A stretch of 64,000 nucleotides of DNA from positions 8,680,001 through 8,744,000 of the forward strand of contig CM106586.1 of NCBI GenBank assembly GCA_048013815.1, read 5' to 3'. Position 1 is the stretch's first letter. Every line of letters begins with the position of its first letter. The notes beneath the pieces were generated by a model. That model worked only from the letters and a program-made list of their open reading frames with translations. It was not told the origin of the DNA and made no database searches. The stretch comes from Setoptus koraiensis (lineage: Eukaryota > Animalia > Arthropoda). Below, piece by piece: positions 1-12,562 of the stretch. Both the position numbers and the translations under genes were made by a program.

Positions 1-2289
1 AATAATAGACAATTTCCATCCATCCATCTATCTATAGATCATCTGTTGAGATGATGTCGGCTTGTCGCGGAGCTCTAATGAAGCGCTGTCCGGGCCTTGA
101 CTCGTGAGCTCACAATTATGGGCCTAAACAGCTTATAATTGCGACGGGGATGCGACGATCATCATTCAGCCAATGTGTTCATTGAAATTCACAAAATTCA
201 GCCTGGTGTATGGATGAAACGGGATTTTCGCCAATCAGCCACACAAACTCGAGGCTCAAAGGCTTACGAAATGCGAATGTGGGCCCGGTAAATGGCCGAT
301 GAGATGTTTAGACAAGCGATTGTTCTGTTATGTTTTCTAGTCAGTGGCTAGCGAGATGAGCCGAAAACTCGCCAGAGGCACACGATGCCAACTTGGTGAG
401 CGCTCTGTTTAGTGTTGAGGTGTCAGAATTTGTTTTCGCTGGGATATCGCTGGGCACGAACGTGGCCAGCGATCACTGAAGTAGCCGGAATTCGTTCCTA
501 GTTCGTGAGCTCCAAATTTCGGAGAGGGGATGGTGTGAAAAAACGCGTGCTCCCGTGACACACTCTTATGTTGCAACCAGCCGAGCCACTGCGAACAGTC
601 CGGCGTGGCGCTCGATTTTCTAGAGGCCCGATGAATAAATAAGCCGCTAATCTCCTATAACAACAAGGCGCGGATAAAACGCTTTTTCAAGGCTGCAAGC
701 TTTGAAAAAGCTTTGAGCGGTCGTCGATGGTGCGACTGTTGTGTCGGCCATTGATGCGGCTGTTGTGTCGGCCATTGTTGGCGAGGCGGCGTCACAACAT
801 GGACGACACATGTCAGTGTGTAGTGTCTGGTTTACGTTATTTTTTTTTAGTTGTTTCTGCTTTACCTTTGTATCTTTTTAATGTTGGCAACGTAAGTGGC
901 CCGCACAGGTAGTTTACCTGTACACCTGTAAACATGACACAGTGTGTTGGTTGTATTGTAGTTAGACTGTGAGAGGGGGCGCCAAACGAGAGAGCAAACG
1001 CACGCCACACGACGACAAATACCGTTAATAAACAGCGACAATCTTAATCGATATTGTGTGTCTCATTGGCGTGCGCCGAATCACTTAAAAGCGCGTCGGC
1101 CATCGAGTTGTAACCTTTGCATGCGAGTTACGTTACATAACTTACGTATATAACAGACGACAATTATAATCACATGTTATGTTATGTTATGTTATGTTAA
1201 ATGTGTGTACCGTGTTACGTCAGCGTGTCCGCGGCCGCATTATGCAGCAAACACTGCAGCAACTGATCACTGCGGACTTGTTGTTATCCGGCTCGAATGT
1301 CGCAATGTCGCCGAATATCCGAATATCCGAGCTCTTGTGACATTTGGGCGGCCACGTTGCGTGTGCAATATCGACAATGATGGACAATAAATATAGTGAC
1401 GAATCACGCTGTTGTCTCTATCAGGTTGCTCCATCAAATAGAAGAGTTGTTGTCCTTTGGCTGGATCCCTCGATAGACTATCGACGATAGTATTAAGTTG
1501 ATACCAATCTGCCGATGCCATCAGCAGCATATTTGCAGCGAGCGGCTGGCTCGGCAAAACCATCTTGGCAGAGCGATCTCGGCGGGCGAGCTTGTGTGAG
1601 TAATGTTGTGGATGTTGCGAGGAATAAATAAGAGTCTCAGGCTGTTGCCATTGGCATGGACTTGGCAGGCGCGAGTTGCGCAAACTCACAACCTGTCTGC
1701 TGCTGCTGCTGCGATTACCTCATACAAACAACAACGACTCGTCGTCGTTCGTCTACGCAACGTTGTCGTGTGAGTGTGTGTGTGTTGGTGTGCGTGTGCT
1801 TGTGTCGAGTGACAAGTGCGCGTTGACTCGCATTCGACTTTAGCAAGTCAACGACAACAGAGCTGACATTGTGGCTCACTGTAATTTAGCAAAGTTTTGC
1901 ATCAAAGTGTCATCGACACATCAACACACATCTAAACAGATTCGCTGCTCGTGTGTGGGGCCCAATTACTCAAATTACTACAATTACTCAATTACTCAAT
2001 TGCTACAATTACTCGATCACTACAATTACTCAATTGCACACAGCACACGCAGCGGACAGCCAGTTACAGGTGAAGAACACACGTCAAGATAAGACCAGCG
2101 CGCGTCGATCAGAGTGAATCCAATCAATTAAACCAAATCCCACTGAAGAGCCAAAACTATCCAATTGAGCCGAATCTGTTCAATTGAGCCGAATCTATTG
2201 AATTCAATTGAAATCGAGCCGGCGACTAATTGCAGCCGCCAATCACGCTAATTGTGACTCGAACGGGCCGATCGACGCCAGTTCTAAAC

Positions 2290-2690
2290 TCGAAATCCGA
2301 AACTCGGAGTCCGAAACTCGGAATCCGAAACCCGAAGTCGAAACTCAAAGTCGAAACTCAAAGTCGAACGCGCGGCGAGGGCGCCCACTGAGCTTCGGGA
2401 CCCGGCGCGTCGACCAGCCGCATCTATTCGCCGCACGCATTCAAGAGTCACACAGAAGAACCGAAACAGAGCGAAATCGGAGCGCCGAGCCGGCCCGAAA
2501 CAGCAAGCAACCGCCGAAATCGCCGAAATCGTCGAAATCGTCGAAATCGCCGAAATCGCGAGAAATCGTGAGAAATCGCCAAAAGAGCAAAAAATCGCCG
2601 AAATCGCGAGAAATCGCAGAGAGCAAGAAATCGCCGAAATCGCCGAAATCGCGAGAAATCGCCAAAAGAGCAAGAAATCGCGAAAACAGA
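2290..2690. repeat. Degenerate 9-10-bp tandem array (GAAATCGCC/GAAACTCG) upstream of the GPCR start
   Basis: About 15 copies of GAAATCG between ~2473 and 2680, preceded by CCGAAACTCG-type units. Confidence 0.85.
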
Positions 2691-2889
2691 GAAAAAACCG
2701 TTTCCCGCGCCGACGACAATGGCAAGATGAACGCGGTGGCAATTATCGCCGGTTTCAGTGATCGCCAGTTTCAGTTATCGCCAGCAGCAGCAGCAACAAC
2801 AGCAACGACAACAACTCGACGCACAATTCAGATAAGAGCCACAATGTTACCTAATAGAATAGTTGTGATTTGTTGAGCAGCAAGCAGCC

Positions 2890-3789
2890 ATGGCGCAAGT
2901 GGGCCTGTCGGTGGGCGCCCTGGTGGGGCCGCTCGGCGGGCTCGGCCAGCAGTTGGCCGGCGCGGCCAATTATCCCGTGGGCCTGGCTCATCCATCATCG
3001 TCGCCGTATCACCATCGTGAGCCATATCATCATTATCAGCCTGTTCATCATCATCATCACCATCATCATCATCTGGCAAAGCGACTGGTGGCCATCGAGG
3101 AGATGGGCGCCAGCGCGGGGCCCGACTTGTCGTCGGTTTCGTATGTCGCAAATCAGTCGAGCGGGCACGCCAATCACACGACGACGAGCCTGACGAGCGT
3201 CTCAAATTCTGGCGGCGCCATAACGACGACGACGAATCAATCTAATTTAATATTATCTGCATCTGGGGGGGCCGCCACCGACATAAGCGAAGAGGCCGAG
3301 CTACGGATGTTGAATTTTCCCGCCAAAAGTGAAGAATTATCGACTGCCATTCCATTGACAATCATATTTGCCTTACTACTAATAACAGGTTGCATAGGTA
3401 ATATTTGTACCGCTATCGTTATTGTGAGACCAAAGAATCGTTATATGCACACGGCGACAAATTATTATCTGTTCAGTTTGGCTTTGAGTGATTTCTTGTT
3501 TCTCGTGCTGGGCCTGCCACAGGAAATGTTCTCGTTGTGGCAGCGGTACCCGTACGTGTTCGGGGAGACATTTTGCATTGTTCGGGCCTATCTGTCCGAG
3601 GTGGCCACCCTGGCCTCAATATTAATTATAAGCGCGTTCACCGTGGAACGCTACGTGGCCATTTGTCACCCGTTGTGGGCGCACACCATGTCTCAATTGC
3701 CGCGCTGCATCGCCATCATTGTCATCATCTGGATAGTGGCCTTCTTTTGCGGAATCCCGCCCGTCATATCGCTGGGCATCGTCACTCAG
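2890..3789 (+). CDS. PRXamide (pyrokinin/CAPA, neuromedin-U-receptor-like) class A GPCR, coding exon 1 (N-terminus, TM1-TM4)
   Basis: gccATGG start; motifs GNICT (TM1), MHTATNYYLFSLALSD (ICL1/TM2), YPYVFGETFC, AFTVERYVAICHP (ERY). Exon ends CAG|GTGAGT at 3789/3790 after exactly 300 codons (phase 0). Confidence 0.95.
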
Positions 3790-4409
3790 GTGAGTCCCCT
3801 CTCCTACTCACGCCTCGCGCCCTCATGCCTCGCGCCTTTACGGGCCCCGGCCCGCACCCGAGCTTGTGGCCGGCCCGCACCCGCGGATGTACCCGCAGCC
3901 GCGTATCAGCGACGTTTATGCACGTCGGCGGCATCAGACGTGCATAAACTAGCCATAACTAGCCACATTAGGCACAGGTGACTCGGGCGATTCTCAGGTA
4001 GCCGGCGCCTCTCGGCTGCGATTTATGCCGGCCCGTGATTTATGGCCCCGGGTCTGTCGTCTGGCGCCAGACATCCAGACAGTCGGGCGGGCGCCGTTAT
4101 CCGCGTTATCGCCCGAGCGGCATCGAGCGGCATTGATTTCGGCGGCAGCCCGGGGCCAGGCCGCTTATCAGCCGATTATGCAGCGGCAGCCAACTAGTGA
4201 AATGCGTCATTCTCACTCTCGACTATTCTCTCCCATTTTACCGCTCTCCCGTTTTACCGCTCTCCCGTTTTACCGCTCCCCCTCTCGCCCGCTCTCCCTT
4301 TCGCCCGCTCTCCCGCTGCCGATCTGTCGGCCGGTCTCGGTCGGTCTCGGCCGCTCATTACCCGACAACTCATCAACTTGGCACCGCCCACAAAACCTGG
4401 CACCGCCAG

Positions 4410-7400
4410 AGGGGACCCATAAGTGATAAAGTGCTGCAACAAACGGCTCAGTGCGTCCAAAAGCAAATTGTTTTTGAGAATATGTTTGAATTTAGTGCTA
4501 TTGTGTTTTTCATTATACCAATGATCATCGTAACTGTGTTATACGTGCTAATTGCCATTGAATTGCGCAAGAGCTCCAATATGAACTCGATGCAATCGTC
4601 GACGTTCCGATCTAAATCATCGCTCATGACAAATGGCGGCGTGAACGCGGCCTCCGACAGCGCGCTCAACAACAACAGCGCCTGCTGCAACAGCAATAGG
4701 GGCGCCTCTAGGGGCTCCACAATAATATATTCGCCCACGGCGTCCACCTCAAACTACGTTCAACAACACCAGCACCATCACCACCAGGCGTCGTGTCAGC
4801 GCCAGACCAGCAACAACAGCAGCAGTTGTTGCAACTACTACTACTACAACTACAACGCTAACGTTGAATGTGACAACAGCAACAATAATTGCGATAATTA
4901 TGACAAATGCGACGCTAATTGCGCCGACAACCAATCCGTCGGTTGTTGCCTGGCGGCGAGCGGCGATGACGCAACAATGCAGCGCCGACGCAGCTCCGCA
5001 ATGACGACCGCCAGCAGCGTCAACAGCCCGTGCCACGTTGGCAAGACACTGAACGGCAACAACAACAACAACGGCAACAACAACGGCAACCACAACTGCA
5101 AATCGACAACAACAACAGCTCGACAACAACAACAACAACGACAGCCGAATCAGGACAGATCGATCAAGGGCTGCAAGTCGAGCGCCGTCGACTGTCATGC
5201 ACCTGTGTCGCGCTGCTCCATTTGCTCGTTGTCGTGTCCGCCTAGACTCATGACGTGCGATACCGCAACGAGCAGCGACAATGTGGCCAGCAGCGCCGAC
5301 CACGGCCGACAATGCCCCACAGCCGGAAGTTGTAAAGCAACCGGAAGTTGTAAGGCAACCGGAAGTTGTTACGCGTCGACCGGAAGTTGTTATGCGTCGA
5401 CCGGGAGTTGTCCACGTGCGCCAACCACCGGCGCTCCACCTCTTGCAGCAGCAACAACAGCGACAAAGCCCGTGATAGTGAGCGACTCGCTGCAGTCGTC
5501 GGTGGTGCAGGGGGCGACGCACACAGACAATGACTTAAACGAATTAAAAAACTGCGATACGAGACACACAACTGTCAATTGTGAACAAAACAACAATAAT
5601 TGTCATTTAAACAATTATTATTCATGTCATCGGTTGTCCAGCGATGCTGCCGAGCACCGTTGTGAGCACGACAACACGCACAACCAGCGGCACAGCAACA
5701 TTTATTATCCCACGACAACGATAAAACTCAAGAGGGGCCTCATAGAGAGCTCATGCAAAATTCTCACCAGTCTCACCTTTATCCGGCGTCAGGCGACTCA
5801 ACGCATGACAAGTGCGCCCAACAACGCCAGACAACAAAAACAGCGCCACCATCAGCACTATTGCGACTGTTCGTGCACGCTTGTGGGGCCCGCCGCCGCC
5901 GCCCCCGACCAAATCTACTCTGGCCAGCAGCAGCAACAACTTGTCAGAGGGGCCCCCGTCGAGCGCCCGGCCACGGGTCAACGGCACAACTCGGGCGTGG
6001 GCATATCGCTGGAGTCGCCGTCGACGGCGTCGTCGTCGCCTAATTGGAACCAGTCGCCCATCAGTGATAAGCAGCTGAAAGGTCACGCAGCGGAAGAAGC
6101 GGACCGGCCGGCGTCAACTCCGGCCGCGAAATGGCCCAAAACGGGCTCGTCGTCGCCCAAAATACCGTCGTTGTCGTCGTCGGCGGCGTCGTCGTCTTCG
6201 GCGTCGTCAGTTAATAATATTATCAGCCTAGTGGATGACGATGCAGCCATGGTTGCTGGCAGCGGCGGCAGCAGCAGCGCCCAGAGCAACCAAAAATCGC
6301 AAGATAATATTTTTGACGAGCTCCACTCGGCGAGCGGCTCCGACGCCGATAAGAGGCCCCAACAACGCGCTGCCAGAGACCATTGCGCAGCAAGCACGTT
6401 GCTCGATCTAGACGACAGCTCAGAGTGTGCGGCCAGCGGACGGGCCCACTTGGCGGCAGTTGGCGTGGGCGTGAGTGACAAAAGAAAATTGGGGCCACTC
6501 GGCGACCATTGGGCCGGCGACAAACGGGCCGCTGAGCAAGCGAGCGAGCAGCATCAATCAAAAGGCAGCGGCCAGCAGCCGAGGCACCGCGGCGTTGCTG
6601 CTCGAGACACGCCGGCCAACAACAGCGACAACAACAACAACAACAGCGACAACAACAGCGCCAGCAGCAACGACAGCAACAACGACAGCGGCAACAATAT
6701 GAAAAGTGTCATTGTCACAAGTGCGACAACGACAACAACAACAACAACAACAACAACAGCAACAAGATTACATCATCATGCCGGCCCAGATAATCGTGCG
6801 CCAGTTGAGCCAGTTGCTAGTGGCGCCGCCAGAACAGCTGACACAGGAGATGACGCTGCTGTACTATTACATAATCATCATCGTCAACATGAGATCGCGG
6901 GCCAGTCGATTGTGAGCTGCGAGCCGGCGGCCGCAGCGCCCACGACGGCCACAACAGCGCCAACAGCGCCAATAGCAACGACACCGACAACAACGCCGAC
7001 ACCGCCGACAACGCCAACGACGCCGACAACGCCGACAACAACAACAGCAGCAGTAAATCACATATCAGCGGCGCCCATGGACTGCAGCCGAAGCGCCCCC
7101 TCGCTACACGAGCCGGGCCTCAATCCGATGAGTCGGCAGCGCGACCACGCCAGCCTCATGCTGGCCCAATGTGACCGTTATCATCATCGCCACCGGCACC
7201 CGCACCCGTACCCGCACTTGCCGCACCCAGACCAAGCTGCTCAAGAGCGAACGACCACGTGCAACGGGCACCACCAATTGCATCAATTTGGGCCCCAATT
7301 CGGGCATCATCGCAATCATTACAATCATCACAATCATCATCATCATCACAGTTATAATTATGTCAACAGTCGCCAGTGCAGGCACCAGCACCAGAACAGC

Positions 7401-7488
7401 AGTCAATTGTCGGCGAGCAACAATCAGCAATTAGTGAACAGAAGAACGGCCGCGGCCTCGTCCAAAAAGTCCGTCATCAGGATGTTGG
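4410..7488 (+). CDS. PRXamide GPCR coding exon 2 (ECL2, TM5, giant ICL3, start of TM6)
   Basis: ECL2 Cys and TM5 (QCVQKQIVFENMFEFSAIVFFIIPMIIVTVLYVLIAIELRKS), then a stop-free low-complexity frame to AASSKKSVIRML G|GTGAGT (phase 1 donor at 7489). The acceptor at 4409/4410 (ccgccag|AGG) is the most plausible phase-0 site; cag|TGC ~4450 is an alternative. Confidence 0.88.
5320..5410 (+). repeat. In-frame 18/21-bp coding repeat (ATGSCK/ASTGSCY)
   Basis: CCGGAAGTTGT at 5323, 5341, 5359 and 5380, with a variant CCGGGAGTTGT at 5401. Confidence 0.9.
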
Positions 7489-7519
7489 GTGAGTAGCTCA
7501 AATCACAATTTGTCATTCG

Positions 7520-7650
7520 CAAATCAAGCGCGACCCGAATCGCGAATCGAGCGACTCAAATCGCCAATCGAGCGACCCGAATCGCGATTCAAGCGACCCG
7601 AATCGCGATTCAAGCGACACAAATCGCCAATCAAACGAAACAAATCAATT
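7520..7650. repeat. Degenerate ~21-bp tandem repeat (CGACCCGAATCGCGATTCAAG)
   Basis: Two near-perfect and several degenerate units immediately after the giant-intron donor. Confidence 0.7.
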
Positions 7651-7973
7651 CGGGCCAACAATCGCATGCGCACACTTGCGAGCTCTGTCCGGCCCGATGC
7701 AGTTGCGTTCCGCGGGGGCCAGACATCGGGCCGCTCGCCAGTAGCGCCGGTTCAGTTGCCGAAAAAGAGACAGCTTAGTTAGTTTGACAGTTTAAATATA
7801 GCGCGCGAAACAAACCACTAATGAAGCGAACACAAACATCGGCGCCAGGTCAGGCCCACTTCCGGTCACCATATCTACCCATATACATGCCGTGCACACC
7901 CGCATACATATATGTGTTTGTGTGTATATAGTGACAGTGTTGTTTTGTGGCCAGAAATTGCGCCTTGATTGAA

Positions 7974-8045
7974 TTGTTGTTGTTGTTGTCGTTGTTGTTG
8001 TCGCTGTTGTCGCTGCTGTTGCTGTTGTTGTCGTTGCTGTTGTCG
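7974..8045. repeat. (GTT/GCT/GTC)n trinucleotide microsatellite
   Basis: Read directly from sequence. Confidence 0.9.
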
Positions 8046-8692
8046 TATCTGATACAACAACCGCCGAGGAAGCGGAAGTAGCTGCCATCTGCCGTTCGCC
8101 TCATACAGCTGACATCGTCATCATCGTCAATGCGACTTTTGTTGCTTCCTCTCTAGACATGCTGCCAGCATGATACTAGACGGTGTCTAGTAGACACCTG
8201 TACTGAGCGTGGAATCTTTTTTCTGCATTGTTTGTCGTGATGCTGCAAGCGAGCACAAGGCATCGCATGGCAGCACCGACAACAACAACAACATCGACAA
8301 CAACGGCAACAGCGACAACAACGACAACAGCGACAACAACAACAGCGTCGGACGACCCAGAATCTAATCAATTGCAACGGGCGCCATGTAAACACGCTCG
8401 CCGGTCATATGATATTATGCAAGCGAGCGCTATACGCGCTATATATACGCGGTATATTACGTAATTCTCACTGCGCGCACGAGGTAGTGTGTGTGTGGCC
8501 GCAGAGAATTCAATTGATGTCAGTAGTGTGTGTGTGTGCAAAGCTGGCAAGTCATTCATATGCAAATGAGGGCCGGTCAGACGGGGAGAGAGGGCCCACT
8601 TAATTGTACAATTAAGCGCAACAAACGCGTCGCCTATAGGCGTTCGCGGCGTCCCCCTGGCCGCGAGAGAGTCGCGCCTCTGTACGCTGTTG

Positions 8693-8717
8693 CACACACA
8701 CACACAGACACACAGAC

Positions 8718-8794
<77 letters not shown>
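8693..8794. repeat. (CA)n microsatellite
   Basis: Perfect CA run 8723-8794 (36 units) with an interrupted 5' part. Confidence 0.97.
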
Positions 8795-8798
<4 letters not shown>

Positions 8799-8855
8799 AT
8801 CTATTTGCGTGCTCTATTGATCTATTTATGCACCGTGTTTGTGTTTGCATGCACC

Positions 8856-8971
8856 CACACACACACACACACACGCACACACACGCACACACACACGCAC
8901 ACACACACGCACACACACACGCACACACACACGCACACGCACACGCACACGCACACGCACACACACACACA
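8856..8971. repeat. Compound (CA)n/(CACACG)n microsatellite
   Basis: Read directly from sequence. Confidence 0.95.
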
Positions 8972-11900
8972 AGTGAAGTATCTAAGTAAGCAAATTAGTG
9001 GGGCAGAGAAACGTCTTTATGCCGTCTTTATTCAGTCTTTATCCAGCCGAACAATTTGCTTACTCTCTGACTTTGCCAATAAATGCCAGACGCTCTCGGC
9101 AGCGCTATGTGTGGGGCGCCTCGGCGCGGCTTGGTCTGGCTGTTTATGGCATTTATCCGTTGTTGTATATCTGACGAAAGGGGGCGAGACGGTGCGCGCC
9201 ACATCGCGTCGGACATATATGTGTGTGCGCGCATATACGTATATGCGTATATCGCTCGGACTGGCCGGCAATTGTGAGAGTGGGGCCAATATCAGGGATA
9301 TTGGACAATGCACTTGTTACAAATCGCCTGCTCGTGCTCGTGCTCGTGCTCGTACGTACTCGTGCACGCGCACGAGTACGTACGAGCGTGTGTGTGCAGT
9401 AAACAAGCGCTGCCAGGCAAACAGGGCGCCCAGAGAGATAATGCGCCCTTGTTGCGTATTACGTAACAATGCCAGCCAGCCAGCGATGCTCCAACAAGTC
9501 TATACAATAAATCAGATGTTGCCAGCACTATCTGTTAGATGCCGCCAGTTTATTGCTCTTGTTTTAGGCATTAGCCTGGGCACTACTCTGTGCCTCTGCA
9601 TATACTCCACGGGATAGCGGCCCGAAATAGACTAGGCCCGTGGCTCGCACTGGGTACAGCGGGCGCCTCTGGTGGCCACGGGCGCCACCAAAGGCGAACC
9701 ACACTGTACTGCGTGCACGTGCAACAGCACGCCCGATAGCCGCGCGGGCCCGCAGTCACCTTGTTTGCGCACCCGTGTTTCCGTCTGATTGAACTCGCGT
9801 GCTAACCAAGATTGCGCAATAGTTTCGCTGGCTACCGCTGTTGTTGCTGTTGCTGTTGTTGCTGTTGTTGTTGCTGCTGTTGTTGCCGCCGTTGTTGCTG
9901 TGGGCCTTTGTGGGCTCCATTGTTTGCCGGGGCCCCGATTCGTCTGCTGGGGGGCGCTTGCTGGGGGGCGCTAGCTGGAGGGTATCAGGTTGTAACGGCG
10001 CACTTGATGACTTTATAAATGGCCGCACTTGTCCATGAATATATATTGATATGAATATAAACATTGCGGCCGGCGCGCAGCGCCAGCAAACAACCTGTTC
10101 GCCGAATCGTGTCACTCCGTTGCAATCGTTCGAGTCGTTCGAGTCGCTCGAGTCGTTTCAGTCGCTCGAGTGTGCCCGCCGGGCCGGTGCGGGCCGCGAT
10201 CCGCCACCGTGGCGGCCCAGCCGCACGCTCGGGCACGGCGGTCTGGCACGGTGCCCATCGGAGCAAACTTTCCACTGGGCAAACACATTTGTCGCCCCGT
10301 TTCGGGCCATTTCGAGCCCGGAATCGCGCCGATATGAAGGCTGGAATCGCGCCGATGTAAAGGCTGGAATTTCGCCCATATAAAGGCTGGAATCGAGCCG
10401 AAATACACGCTAAAAGCGAGCCGAAATACGCGCTGAAAGCGAGCCGAAATGTCGGGCGAGTCGTCGGCCAGCAACTCGGATCGCGCAAGCGGCAGCCGAG
10501 GGGGCGCCCGCAACCGCACAGACGAGCGATAGTGGCGCCAGATAATGGCGACCCGCGCGAGGCTAGCTGTCAATTGCGATTAGCGATGCTTGTTTGTCGT
10601 TTGTAACGTCTCATTTTTGCAACGGTGACACAAGCGCCCAAACTTTGGGCCGCAAAGACAAAGATAATTTGCTGACGGATTGCAGCAAGACGCTGATTGG
10701 GCGCCATTGGGCCCATCGAGGCCCGATAATGGGCGCGCAATGTCGGCTCGATCGTTGGCCGTTGACACCAGTTTGTTGGGGCCAGTTTGTCGCTTTATCG
10801 GGGCCAGTTTGTCGGTTTGTCAAGGCCAGTTTGTCGGTTTCTCGAGGCCAGTTTGCCGGTTTGTTGCGGCGCTCCGACCACGGCAACATTTGTACAGACA
10901 AACGCGCTGTAAACAGCTCCGTTCCGACACAACTCACGACGATTCAACTCAAGTCAAATTAGACACAAAATCAGCATAGTGATCGATTGCTCGAATTCGG
11001 TGGGGCCCACCGAATTCGAGGCCCAGCAAAGAGCGAACAGCAAGGCGAGAGCAACCACAGATCGTCCGTCATTGAGCCATCGTTATCAGCGGCGGGGCGA
11101 CCGGTCAATTATCGCTTCATCAACTCAGTTGATTCAATTGTGAGACGTGCCGAACAGGCCGCTCCGGCCCGAGAAACCGTTTTTCCGTTCCTGAGAGTCT
11201 CGTTCGGACTGAGACTCTCAGACTGGCAGTCATTTCGGTCGGGCCAGAAATGGAGCCCATTTGAGTCAAATGATTTGACTCGAACGATTTGGGGCCCGAA
11301 GCCCGAAATCATTTGGCCAACTTGGAGCGAGCCATAAAATGGGCTCGCTCTGGCCGTTGCGTAATAGGCAACGTGACCTCGAGCAGCAGCTTGTTGTTTT
11401 GCTTGGGCCGGCTGGTGCCGGCCCAAGCAAAAGTTTGCTGAAAAGTTGAACAATTTGCTGGCCACGAGAAATTCAAAATGCCGGCCAGCGAGCGACCTGG
11501 CCGCGCAAAACTTTGCCAAGTGCGCAAGTTTCTGGCCCGCCGATTAGGCGCTCACCGGACTCGCCGGGCCTGCCGGGCCCGCTGGCCTCACTGGTTTCGC
11601 TGGCCTCGCTGGCGCCCCCAATCGCGCGACTGTCGGCATTTTGGGCTCGCTTGGCAACGTTGCAGCAGCGTCGCAGCGACGTAGAAATGACGCCGAAACA
11701 CCGTTGAAACAATGGGGTCCCGGCGGCGAGCGAGCCCGACCGAGCAAGAACAAGGCGGCCGAGTTACCGCACGGGCCCGCGACCGAGCGGCCCACGACCG
11801 AGCCACCGAATGAGCGAGCCCACAAGCGAGCGAGCAAACGAATGAGCGAGCCCACGAGCGACCGAGCCCACGAGCGACCGAGCCAACGAATGAGCGAGCG

Positions 11901-12562
11901 CGAACAAACAAAGTCGCGACCTAATTTAGTGATTTTATTGATTCTTTGCGAGATAATTTGTTGCAGATGTTGTCATTGTTGTAGCGCTTATCTGTGGCCC
12001 CATCTAGCTGCGTCTGTTTGTTTGTGTTTGTCTGGCTTGTCTGCTGCCAAGATATGAATGAATGGATGACGGAACAAGCGGCAATTACACACCAAGTCTG
12101 CGCCGCCAGTCTGTGGCCTTCTCGCTCGCTCGGCGCGTTCTCAGGCGGCGTCGTTCGCGAGTCGCGACTCGCGACCTAGCGACGTTCGCGACTCGCCGCC
12201 TGCGCGCGCCGTGTGCGGCGGTCAGATATGCGCGCTAATAAATAATGCGGCTCCCTTTCATTTCCCGTTGGCGCTCTCGGTCGGTTGGCGCGCGTTGTGG
12301 GCGTTCAGCGCGACGAGATCAACAATCTCGAGTCGGGTATTCGGCGGCGGCGGCGGCGGCGCCAATCTCGAGTCGGATATTCGGCGGCGCGGTCTTTTGT
12401 TCGGTCGGATATTGAGACGGTTGCAAAATAAAAACATTATCACGGTTGTTAATCCGGCGCGATCAATCCGGCGCGCCGCGCCGGGCCGGTCTGCTCGATG
12501 CCGGTGCGCTCCGTCGGTTCGCGCCGGGTTGAGTCGCCGGCGGTCGGATCACCGTGATACTA

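Noticed and set aside
1267-1689. 140-aa minus-strand ORF that looks somewhat protein-like
   Set aside because: No ATG start, no convincing splice-site pair and no recognisable motif; cannot support it as a CDS without a homology search.
2208-2876. 222-aa KSPKS-rich ORF (histone-H1/protamine-like appearance) and its antisense ORFs
   Set aside because: Fully explained by translation of the GAAATCGCC array.
3790-4409. ORF extensions (VSPLSYSR..., MKCVIL...) into GPCR intron 1
   Set aside because: They lie beyond a canonical GTGAGT donor or before TM5 homology begins; intron read-through.
6471-6476. Internal GTGAGT that might shorten the giant ICL3
   Set aside because: Phase 0, incompatible with the phase-1 acceptor at 43886, and it would delete the start of TM6.
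8368-8989. Poly-HT / poly-CV ORFs
   Set aside because: Translations of (CA)n.
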